Source: Aquifex aeolicus VF5
GTDB lineage: Bacteria; Aquificota; Aquificia; Aquificales; Aquificaceae
NCBI RefSeq assembly: GCF_000008625.1
Contig: NC_000918.1
Location: 1,080,001 to 1,112,000, forward strand
Reading direction: 5' to 3'
Length of the DNA: 32,000 bases
Numbering within the stretch: the stretch's first letter is position 1; each line of letters opens with the position of its first letter. Positions 24,127-32,000 of this stretch are shown here, piece after piece. The translations under genes were made by a program, and so were the position numbers. The notes under the pieces are model-generated. The model saw only the letters and a list, made by a program, of their open reading frames with translations, did not search any database and was not told the origin of the DNA.

Positions 24127-25787
24127 ATAATTACAGATGGCTCTATAACCTATCTAAACCTTACATTCTCTTATTCTTACTCTCGCTCCTCGGATCCCTT
24201 ATTCAGTCCTCTGGAGCCACGGCTTTAGCCCTGCTGGTCAAGCAGGTTGTGGATAACGTATTAATCCTCAAAAATCAGGAAGAGCTTTTAAAGTACGTTC
24301 TCCTCTTGTTCTCAAGTGCCCTAATAATACAGGTGGGCTTCTTTATCTCCTCCTTTACGCTATCTTACATATCCGAAAAGGTAATATACTCCCTCAGAAA
24401 CGAGATTTACGAAAAGCTCCTGTACGCACCCATAAACTACGTTCTCTACACGCCTTCGGGGGAGCTCATAAGCAGGATAGTGAGTGACTTAGAACAGTTA
24501 AGGCAGGTTTTTGCAGATTACATACCGAAGCTACTGAGAGAACCTTTAGTAGTTCTCGCGCTCTTCGGTGTCCTCCTCTACAGGGACCTATTCCTCACCC
24601 TTTTAATCCTCCTCTTATTTCCCGTAATGGCTCTATTTACTAAGTACTTTTCTGAGAAAAAGAAGAAACACCTCTCAAGACAGAGGGAAAAGGTTGCACT
24701 CCTGACAAGTATACTCTCGGAAACCTTGAGAGGATTTGAGAACATAAAACTCTTCCTTGCGGAAAATAGATTTATAAAGGACTTCAAAGAACTGTCTTTC
24801 AGGATTTTCAGATCCTCTGTGAAGATAAACCTTTATGTGGTGGGAAATACGGTCATTAATTACACCTTTGGTTACGCCGTAGTTTCCTTGATCCTCTTTG
24901 CTGGCGGTTACAGAATAGTAAAGGGAGACATAACCACTGGAGACTTTATTTCCTTCCTGACAGCACTCTTTATGATTCAAAAACCCTTAATGGAAACTCA
25001 GAAGGCGATAATGAACCTGAGGGGCTCAGCACCTATTTTTGAAAGGATAAGGAATCTCTTGAACGTTCCAGAAGAAAAGGACGGAAGTGAAGAGTTTGAA
25101 GGTTTGAAGGAAAGGATTGAGTTCAGAGACGTGAGCGTAAAGATTAACAGAAAGGAAATTCTCAAAAACGTAAATCTTTCAGTTTACAGAGGTTCAAAAG
25201 TCGGGATTAAAGGGCACACGGGGAGCGGAAAAAGTACTTTCGTTAAATTAATTCCAAGACTCCTTGAGTACGAAGGGGAGATTTTTGTGGACCACACGGA
25301 GCTGAGGGAGTTTAAACTCAAGAGTTTGAGGGAAAAAATAGGATTTTTGAGTCAGGAAGTTATGGTATTTCGCGGAAGCGTCAGGGAGAACCTGCTCATA
25401 GCGAAACCAGACGCTACGGAAGAAGAAATGTTAAAGGCTCTAGAGCTTGCAAAGTGTGACTTTGTTCTCAATTCACCTGAAGGGCTTGACAAGTTCTTAG
25501 AAGAGGGTGGGAAGAACCTTTCTGGCGGGGAAAAACAGAGGCTTGCCCTTGCGAGGATATTCCTCAAAAACCCGGAGATAGTTATCTTGGACGAGGCTAC
25601 ATCCGCATTGGACCCGAAAACGGAAGAAGAAGTTATATACAACCTTTATAAATTTTTAAAAGAGAAAACAATTTTCGCGGTTGCACACAGGCCCTTTATT
25701 TTTAACTTCTGCGACGTGATACTTGAGTTTGAAGGGGGGAGACTTAAAGAGTTTTCCACTTCTAAAGAAAATTCTATTAAATTATAA
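24123..25787 (+). CDS. msbA: ABC exporter half-transporter (TMD-NBD), MsbA/lipid-A-flippase-like
   Basis: Six predicted TM helices are followed by GHTGSGKST (Walker A), LSGGEKQRLALARIFL and IVILDEATSALD. The 554-aa size and TMD-NBD order are typical of type IV exporters. Substrate assignment is by family resemblance only. Confidence 0.75.
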   Translation: MNNYRWLYNLSKPYILLFLLSLLGSLIQSSGATALALLVKQVVDNVLILKNQEELLKYVLLLFSSALIIQVGFFISSFTLSYISEKVIYSLRNEIYEKLLYAPINYVLYTPSGELISRIVSDLEQLRQVFADYIPKLLREPLVVLALFGVLLYRDLFLTLLILLLFPVMALFTKYFSEKKKKHLSRQREKVALLTSILSETLRGFENIKLFLAENRFIKDFKELSFRIFRSSVKINLYVVGNTVINYTFGYAVVSLILFAGGYRIVKGDITTGDFISFLTALFMIQKPLMETQKAIMNLRGSAPIFERIRNLLNVPEEKDGSEEFEGLKERIEFRDVSVKINRKEILKNVNLSVYRGSKVGIKGHTGSGKSTFVKLIPRLLEYEGEIFVDHTELREFKLKSLREKIGFLSQEVMVFRGSVRENLLIAKPDATEEEMLKALELAKCDFVLNSPEGLDKFLEEGGKNLSGGEKQRLALARIFLKNPEIVILDEATSALDPKTEEEVIYNLYKFLKEKTIFAVAHRPFIFNFCDVILEFEGGRLKEFSTSKENSIKL

Positions 25788-25817
25788 ATACTCTCAAAAC
25801 TCTTAAGGGGTGGCAGA

Positions 25818-28800
25818 ATGTGGCAGGAATACGATAGCTGCGGTGTAGGGTTCGTTTGTGATATATACGGAAGGAAGAGCCACGATATCTTAAAAAAAGG
25901 TATCCAGGCGGTTAAGAACTTAACTCACAGGGGTGCTATCGGAGGGGATGGAAAAACCGGAGACGGAGCGGGAATACTCACTGAAATCCCGGTAAAGTTC
26001 TTTATGAAAGAGTTTAAAAAGCTAGGGTACGAAGTTTCTTCTCCCGAAAACCTCGCGGTGGGAATGTTCTTCTTATACGAGCCAGTTGAAGACAAGGTAG
26101 AGGAAGCCTTCATAAGTGAAGGAATAAAGGTAATAGGCTGGAGGGAAGTTCCCGTAAACACGGACGCGGTCGGAAAGGTAGCCCTCAAGGTAATGCCTCA
26201 AATCAAACAGCTATTTCTCGATATGAAGAACATCCCCGAAGAGGAAAGGGAATTAAGACTCTTCTTCGCAAGGAGGAAAATAGAGAAGAAGTACGAGGAT
26301 AAGGTATACATCCCCTCCCTTTCTACGAGAACTATCGTTTACAAGGGAATGCTCGTAGCTCCCCAGCTTGATAACTTTTACCAGGACCTCTTAGATGAAG
26401 ACTACGAGACTTCCTTTGTTCTCTTTCACCAGAGGTACTCAACAAACACCCTTCCCAACTGGAGACTTGCCCAGCCCCTGAGGTACCTCGCACACAACGG
26501 TGAAATAAACACTATACAGGGCAACAGGAACTGGATGCTCACACTCCAGCACGAGCTTGAACACGAAATTCTAAAGGGAAGAGAAGACTTAATAAAGCCT
26601 TTAGTTTCCCACGAAGAGAGCGACTCCGCCTCTTTAGATAGAGTTTTTGAACTCCTCTGCCTCGTGGGCTACAAACCCGAACATGCCATGTACATGCTAA
26701 TTCCCCCCGCGTGGGAGGCCATTCCCGACCTTCCAGAAGAGGTCAGGGCTTTCCTCGAGTACGAGTCCTTACTTATGAAGCCCTGGGACGGTCCCGCGGC
26801 GATAGCCTTCACGGACGGTAAAGTAATAGGTGCACACCTCGACAGGAACGGTCTCAGACCCGCAAGGTACGTGATAACTGAAGAGGGTTTTATGGTTCTC
26901 GGCTCAGAAGTTGGAATGGTGGACCTCGATGATCAAAGGGTAAAGGAAAAGGGAAGACTCGGCCCTGGAGACACTATTCTCATAGAACTCGGAAAGGGAG
27001 TAATTAAGAAATCCGAAGAGATATTAAAGGAACTCGCAAATTCAAAACCCTACAAGGAGTGGCTTGACAAACATCTCCTCAGATTATCCGAAATAGAAAA
27101 CGATTACAAACTTGAAAAGCCAAAAGAAGATCCTGACAGAATAAGAAAGCTCGTAGCCTTTGGCTGGAGCGAGGAGGAGATAAAGAACCCTATCAAATAC
27201 ATGGCTGAAACCGGAAATGAAATGACCTGGGCTATGGGTGACGACACGCCCCTGCCACCCCTCTCCGAAAAGCCCCAGCTCCTCTACAGGTACTTCAAAC
27301 AGAGGTTTGCACAGGTTACAAACCCCCCCATAGACCCCATAAGAGAAAGGGCGGTAATGTCCCTCCGTATGAACCTCGGCTACAAGAGGAACTTTCTCAA
27401 AGAAACGGAAGAGCACGCAAAGAGGCTTCAGATAGACTCTCCTATACTCCTTGACTACCAGTTAAAAGCAATAGAAAACCAGAAGGAGTTTAAAGTCGTA
27501 AGGATACCCATAGCCTACCCGAAAGAGAGGAGTTACAACATAGTTGAACTTCAGGACATGGCGGGAGAGAGGAGGATATCCGAACTCATAATGGACGCCC
27601 TCTACGAGGAAATTCCCATAAATGACATGAGACTCGGTATAGAAACGCTTCAAAGGAGGGTGGAAGAAGCAGTAAGGGAAGGGGCGGACATAATAATCCT
27701 CTCCGACAGGTATATAAGCAAGTACAGGGTTGCCATTCCCGCACTCCTTGCACTTTCTGCGTGTGTGAAGCACCTCGCAAAACAGGGACTCGCTCATAAG
27801 GTGTCCTTTATAGTTGAGACAGGTGAGGCAAGGGACAGCCACCAGATAGCCTGCCTTATAGGTTACGGAGCGAGTGCGGTTTATCCTTATCTTGCTTACG
27901 AGGTGATTTACGAACTCTGCGAAAAGGGAGAGATAGAACTTCCATATGAAGAAGCGGTATTCAAATACAAGGAAGCACTGGAAAAGGGACTTCTCAAGAT
28001 AATGTCCAAGATGGGAATATCCACCCTCAACTCTTATCAGGGTGCTCAAATATTTGACAGCGTATGCCTCAATAAGGACTTTGTTGAAGAGTTCTTCACC
28101 GGAACTCCTGTAACCTTGGAAGCGGACGGACTGGAGGAGATAGAAGCCTCAACCCTTGCAAGGCACAACGCGGCATACGAAGTGGAAGAGCCAAAGCTTG
28201 ACATCGGCGGACACATGAAGGCGAGAAAGGGCGGAGAGTTCCACGCCTGGTCCCCCGAAGTTGTTCGTGCCCTTCACAAGTTCCTGAAGACTAAGGACTA
28301 TAAGGATTACAAGGAATTTTCCAGACTCGCAAACTCTCAGCACCCCACCTTCATAAGACACCTCCTTACCTACAAGAAAGGAAATCCCATACCCATAGAG
28401 GAAGTTGAACCAGTTGAAAGTATCCTCAGGCGTTTCGTGACTGGCGGTATGTCCCTGGGAGCTCTCTCCCCCGAAGCCCACGAGACTATAGCGGAAGCCT
28501 GCAACAGGCTCGGAATGAAGTCAAATTCCGGAGAGGGAGGGGAGGACCCGGAAAGATACTGGACAATAAAGAATTCAGCAATAAAGCAAGTTGCGAGCGG
28601 AAGGTTCGGAGTAACACCAACCTACCTCGCTTCCGCAAAGGACCTTGAAATCAAGATAGCCCAAGGTGCAAAGCCCGGAGAAGGCGGACAGCTTCCGGGA
28701 CATAAGGTAAACGAGTACATAGCGAAACTCAGACACTCCCAGCCCGGAGTTACCCTGATATCACCACCACCTCACCACGACATATACTCCATAGAGGATT

Positions 28801-30299
28801 TAGCTCAGCTCATTCACGACCTCAAGCAGGCTAACCCCTTTGCTAGAGTGTGCGTGAAACTCGTTGCTGAAAGGGGGGTTGGAACGATAGCCGCGGGAGT
28901 TGCAAAGGCTTACGCGGACGTAGTTCAAATAAGCGGTGCGGAAGGCGGCACGGGAGCCTCTCCTTACTCGTCTATTAAGAACGCGGGTAATTACTGGGAA
29001 ATCGGACTAACTGAAACCCAGAGAGTTTTAATGGAAAACCACCTGAGGGACAAGATAAGGGTAAGGGTGGACGGCGGCTTCAGAACCGGAAAAGACGTCG
29101 TAATAGCAGCACTCATGGGAGCTGAGGAGTTTGGTTTTGGAACAGCGGCTATGATAGCGGAAGGTTGCGTAATGGCAAGGATTTGCCACACGAACAGGTG
29201 TCCCACCGGAGTGGCAACTCAGGACCCCAACTACAGGAAAAAGTTTAAGGGCAAAGTTGAAAACGTTATGGCTTACTTCAAAGCAGTGGCACAGGAAGTG
29301 AGAGAAATCCTAGCGGAAATGGGATACAGAAGCCTTGACGAAATAATCGGAAGAACGGACCTCCTTGAAGTAGTAAGGTATGACGAGTTCCCCGGTTCCA
29401 AGAGGATAAAAGTCGAAGCTCTCCTTGAAAAGTATCCCGAAAACGAACCCAGAAGGTGCATGGTGGAGAAAAACGACAATCCCGCTCCAAACTTCAACGA
29501 CAAGATACTTGAGGATCTTCTCCCTTACATAGAAGAAGGAATTCCCGTGGAAAAGGAGTACACCATAAGGAACGTGGACAGAACGATACCTACGAAGATA
29601 AACTACTTCATCTCCCTCTTCTACGGAGATAGGGGACTACCGGAGGACACTATAAAACTCACCTTCAGGGGAACCGCAGGACAGAGCTTCGGAGCCTTCA
29701 ACCACAGGGGTGTGAGCCTTACGCTTATCGGAGACGCAAACGACTACGTAGGAAAAGGAATGTACGGCGGGAGGATTGTGATAATTCCCGACGGCGTAAA
29801 AGAAACGGATAAAAACGTTATTATGGGCAATACATGCCTTTACGGAGCCACGGGAGGAGAACTATTCGCTGCAGGTGTTGCGGGTGAGAGGTTCGCGGTA
29901 AGAAATAGCGGTGCAACGGCGGTAATAGAGGGTGCGGGTCTTCACTGCTGTGAATACATGACGGGAGGTGTTGTAGTAGTTCTCGGAAAAGTGGGCTTTA
30001 ACCTCGGAGCGGGAATGACCGGCGGACACGCCTACGTCCTTGACGATGAACTCGATAAAAAGCTCAACTACGCCTATGTTTACGCAAGAAGATTGGTGGG
30101 AGAAGAAGAAATTAAGGAGCTCAGAGAGTTAATTGAAAAACACTACGAGTACACAAAGAGCCCGAAGGCTAAGGAAATTCTGGAAAACTGGGAAGAATAC
30201 GTGAAGAAGTTCTGGAAGGTCATTCCCTTGGAGCAGTGTTCCAGAGACCCCTACGGTGATTCCGACGCTTGCGAAGTAGAGTTCCTCGGAAGGAAATAA
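25818..30299 (+). CDS. gltB: Glutamate synthase large subunit (GltB; Ntn amidotransferase + FMN/3Fe-4S + GXGXG domains)
   Basis: The N-terminus MWQEYDS-CGVGF carries the catalytic Cys codon at 25839-25841. Also LFHQRYSTNT, HNGEINT, ISPPPHHDIYSIEDLAQLI, GAEGGTGASP, CHTNRCPTGVATQDP and the C-terminal GXGXG repeats. 1493 aa. Confidence 0.97.
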   Translation: MWQEYDSCGVGFVCDIYGRKSHDILKKGIQAVKNLTHRGAIGGDGKTGDGAGILTEIPVKFFMKEFKKLGYEVSSPENLAVGMFFLYEPVEDKVEEAFISEGIKVIGWREVPVNTDAVGKVALKVMPQIKQLFLDMKNIPEEERELRLFFARRKIEKKYEDKVYIPSLSTRTIVYKGMLVAPQLDNFYQDLLDEDYETSFVLFHQRYSTNTLPNWRLAQPLRYLAHNGEINTIQGNRNWMLTLQHELEHEILKGREDLIKPLVSHEESDSASLDRVFELLCLVGYKPEHAMYMLIPPAWEAIPDLPEEVRAFLEYESLLMKPWDGPAAIAFTDGKVIGAHLDRNGLRPARYVITEEGFMVLGSEVGMVDLDDQRVKEKGRLGPGDTILIELGKGVIKKSEEILKELANSKPYKEWLDKHLLRLSEIENDYKLEKPKEDPDRIRKLVAFGWSEEEIKNPIKYMAETGNEMTWAMGDDTPLPPLSEKPQLLYRYFKQRFAQVTNPPIDPIRERAVMSLRMNLGYKRNFLKETEEHAKRLQIDSPILLDYQLKAIENQKEFKVVRIPIAYPKERSYNIVELQDMAGERRISELIMDALYEEIPINDMRLGIETLQRRVEEAVREGADIIILSDRYISKYRVAIPALLALSACVKHLAKQGLAHKVSFIVETGEARDSHQIACLIGYGASAVYPYLAYEVIYELCEKGEIELPYEEAVFKYKEALEKGLLKIMSKMGISTLNSYQGAQIFDSVCLNKDFVEEFFTGTPVTLEADGLEEIEASTLARHNAAYEVEEPKLDIGGHMKARKGGEFHAWSPEVVRALHKFLKTKDYKDYKEFSRLANSQHPTFIRHLLTYKKGNPIPIEEVEPVESILRRFVTGGMSLGALSPEAHETIAEACNRLGMKSNSGEGGEDPERYWTIKNSAIKQVASGRFGVTPTYLASAKDLEIKIAQGAKPGEGGQLPGHKVNEYIAKLRHSQPGVTLISPPPHHDIYSIEDLAQLIHDLKQANPFARVCVKLVAERGVGTIAAGVAKAYADVVQISGAEGGTGASPYSSIKNAGNYWEIGLTETQRVLMENHLRDKIRVRVDGGFRTGKDVVIAALMGAEEFGFGTAAMIAEGCVMARICHTNRCPTGVATQDPNYRKKFKGKVENVMAYFKAVAQEVREILAEMGYRSLDEIIGRTDLLEVVRYDEFPGSKRIKVEALLEKYPENEPRRCMVEKNDNPAPNFNDKILEDLLPYIEEGIPVEKEYTIRNVDRTIPTKINYFISLFYGDRGLPEDTIKLTFRGTAGQSFGAFNHRGVSLTLIGDANDYVGKGMYGGRIVIIPDGVKETDKNVIMGNTCLYGATGGELFAAGVAGERFAVRNSGATAVIEGAGLHCCEYMTGGVVVVLGKVGFNLGAGMTGGHAYVLDDELDKKLNYAYVYARRLVGEEEIKELRELIEKHYEYTKSPKAKEILENWEEYVKKFWKVIPLEQCSRDPYGDSDACEVEFLGRK

Positions 30300-31405
30300 A
30301 GTCCTTAGCCTTTGCCCTTTACGACACCGGGGAGACCATCCTCGGTGCCCTCGTTGTTTCTACCTTCTTTCCCTTATTTATCACAAAACACATAGACGTT
30401 AAAATCTACAGCCTGAGCTATGGAATTTCCTTACTCGCTTCCTTTGCACTTGCCATATTTTTGGGCAAGCTTGCCGACGAAAATGCACTCAGGAAAAAGT
30501 TCTTTACCCTGTTTTCCCTTCTGACTTCCCTATTTTTGAGCTCCATAGCCCTTTTATACGGAACGCCCTATCTCGCACTCCTTTCCTTCCTACTTATGCT
30601 CATCTCGCACCAGCAGGCGATGGTCTTTTACAACTCCCTTCTTCTGAACTTTGAAAACAAAGGCTTTGCTTCGGGACTCGGAGTATCCTTCGGATACGTA
30701 GGCTCTGCGATAGCCCTTATATTTCTAGCAGACAAACTAAAAGAGCCAGAAGTTTACGCAGTGGTAGGATTGATATTCCTGATTTTGGCTGTGCCTTCGA
30801 TAATTACCTTGGAAAATCCTGAAATCTCTGCAAAGATTTCCCTGAAAGAAATTTTCGGAGACAGAACCTTTCTCCTCTTTTTACTCTCTCTTTTAACTTT
30901 AACGGAGGTTGCAAACACCTTAATCGCTATGATGGGGGTTTATCTCAGGGAAGTTTACTCTTTGGAGAGTGTAGAAATTTACAGAATTATCGGGTTTTCA
31001 GCTCTGGGAGGGGTTTTAGGGGGCATCTTCTGGGGCGTTTTGACAGATAAACTAAATGTAAACAGGGTATTCCCTTTAGGTTTTTTCCTCTGGTCTTTCT
31101 TCTTTATACTTCTGTTTTTTGCAAAGAAAGATTACCTGATTTTCGTTGGGCTTTTGGCGGGTTTTTCACTAGCACACCTCTGGAGCACTTCACGGGTTTA
31201 CATCCTTGAGAACTTTCCAAAAGAGAGCGTTTCTGTGAGGATGTCCTTCCTCTCTTTAACTGAACGTGTAGCTTCAAGCTTCGGGCTCTTTTTGTGGAGT
31301 TTTTTCCTGTTTATTACGCAGGACAACTTCAGACTCTCAGCTCTTCTTATGGGAACTTTGCCTTTAATTGGTTTTTTCATTTACTTAAAAACGAAGTTAG
31401 ATTAA
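30269..31405 (+). CDS. MFS-type transporter (UMF1/Atg22-like family)
   Basis: 10-12 hydrophobic helices and an N-terminal [25 protein letters not shown] motif resembling the UMF1 family start. The only in-frame start upstream of the conserved region is TTG 30269, which overlaps gltB by 31 nt, so the start is uncertain. Confidence 0.7.
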
Positions 31406-31449
31406 AAAAAAATGCAATCACTAAAACTTTTCTCACTAATATTTATAAT

Positions 31450-31680
31450 ATGGGCTACAAGGAACTACTTCTGGAATGCCAGAAACTCCTGAACGAAGGA
31501 GACTTTGAGGGAATGATAAAAAAACTTGAAGAACTCTCAAAGATGGAACCCTCTTCAAAAGAGGAAGCTGAAGAAAGCTTAAAACTTCTGGACTTCCTTA
31601 TAGAAGAAGTGAAGAAGAGACAAGAAGAGATATTCAACAAGATGGTAAATTACCAGAAGTTTAAAAATTACCTGAGGTAA
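31450..31680 (+). CDS. Small (76 aa) helical Glu/Lys-rich hypothetical protein
   Basis: This is the first ATG outside the MFS gene in ORF 31294..31680. There is no SD, and TATAAT abuts the ATG. The stop is followed by GAGG and the next ATG 5 nt later, suggesting coupled translation. The coding call is tentative. Confidence 0.45.
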
Positions 31681-31684
31681 GAGG

Positions 31685-32000
31685 ATGTACTTTTACGATA
31701 TCAACAACGAGAAGAGACTCTGGCTTCACCTTCACGGACTTGCGACAAACGTCCTCGGAAGGAAGATAGAGTTTTTGAGGAATTACTTTAAGGAAAAGAA
31801 GCTTTATTCGTTTTTTGCGAATGATATGGACTACGAAAAGCACACAACTACAAACACCTTGGATTTTTTGGAAGTTCTCGTCAGAGGATTTTCCCAGAAG
31901 TTTGAAGAAATTACCCTTTGCGGGAGTTCCCACGGCGGTTACATAGCGATGAACTATGTAAGGAAAAGGCCTCTCTTTAATGTAAAGAGACTCGTCTTAC
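31685..32000 (+). CDS. Alpha/beta hydrolase, YqiA-like esterase (UPF0227), 3' end beyond the window
   Basis: The frame is open from ATG 31685 to the window end and is not in the ORF track because it has no stop. It reads MYFYDINNEKRLWLHLHGLATN...EEITLCGSSHGGYIAMNYV, with HG oxyanion and GxSxG nucleophile-elbow motifs. Confidence 0.65.
   Translation, partial: MYFYDINNEKRLWLHLHGLATNVLGRKIEFLRNYFKEKKLYSFFANDMDYEKHTTTNTLDFLEVLVRGFSQKFEEITLCGSSHGGYIAMNYVRKRPLFNVKRLVL

Noticed and set aside
27462-28049. 195-aa minus-strand ORF, plus other minus ORFs within 25925-29503
   Set aside because: All are embedded antisense in gltB, a 1493-aa ORF with continuous conserved motifs.
31294-31449. N-terminal extension of the small ORF (track start 31294)
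   Set aside because: These 52 codons overlap the 3' end of the MFS gene in another frame and translate to Phe/Tyr/Asn-rich sequence unlike the helical acidic remainder. ATG 31450 is the first start outside the MFS gene.
31661-31933. 90-aa minus-strand ORF
   Set aside because: It is antisense to the open + frame from 31685, which carries alpha/beta-hydrolase HG and GSSHGG motifs.
1-32000. Search by eye for tRNA/rRNA genes, CRISPR repeat arrays, transposase/integrase genes, inverted terminal repeats, toxin-antitoxin pairs or known defence genes
   Set aside because: None was found. Every spacer over 40 bp was read on both strands, and none shows tRNA-like T-arm or acceptor features or periodic direct repeats. 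No ORF has transposase, integrase, nuclease-helicase or TA-type motifs. A covariance-model or repeat-finder run would be needed to be definitive.

Overview
The window is a very gene-dense chromosomal segment with about 32 protein genes, no rRNA or tRNA genes, no CRISPR array and no recognisable mobile element. Several features point to an Aquificales-type hyperthermophile, probably Aquifex. These are Glu/Lys/Arg-rich proteins, many start/stop overlaps, functionally unrelated genes packed into the same transcription units, a c555-type cytochrome c, and rTCA-type carboxylase and class I aldolase genes. That assignment is an inference, not a database hit.

Gene order, left to right:
- Carboxyltransferase+biotinyl subunit of a pyruvate/2-oxoglutarate carboxylase (5' end off-window) and an AT-rich orphan ORF.
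- holB, a PSP1/RicT-like gene, and a minimal RlmN/Cfr-like radical SAM gene.
- An Mla-type ABC lipid-transport cluster: STAS-MlaE fusion, MlaF, an MCE protein with a long coiled coil, and a lipoprotein.
- Minus strand: M24 peptidase, aroA, fliN, ispG.
- Plus strand: a polyprenol-kinase-like membrane protein, a GT9 heptosyltransferase, and a 474-aa protein with three YjbJ/CsbD-like repeats.
- Minus strand: kdsD, ppa, trpA, an OsmC-like gene, cytochrome c, fabI, and a DhnA-type aldolase.
- Plus strand: cysteine synthase, then a four-gene overlapping operon (LapA/LapB-like, MglA-type GTPase, PATAN/DUF4388-like 460-aa protein, MsbA-like ABC exporter).
- gltB, an MFS transporter, a small helical protein, and a YqiA-like hydrolase truncated at the right edge.

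Twelve same-strand junctions overlap by 4-31 nt, and two convergent pairs overlap by 58 nt and 4 nt.

The best candidate for an undescribed system is the Ras-like GTPase plus PATAN-like protein embedded between two LPS biogenesis genes (21097-25787). The main caveat is that neighbourhood is weak functional evidence in genomes with mixed operons like this one. All functional calls come from motif recognition by eye in the supplied translations; no searches were run.
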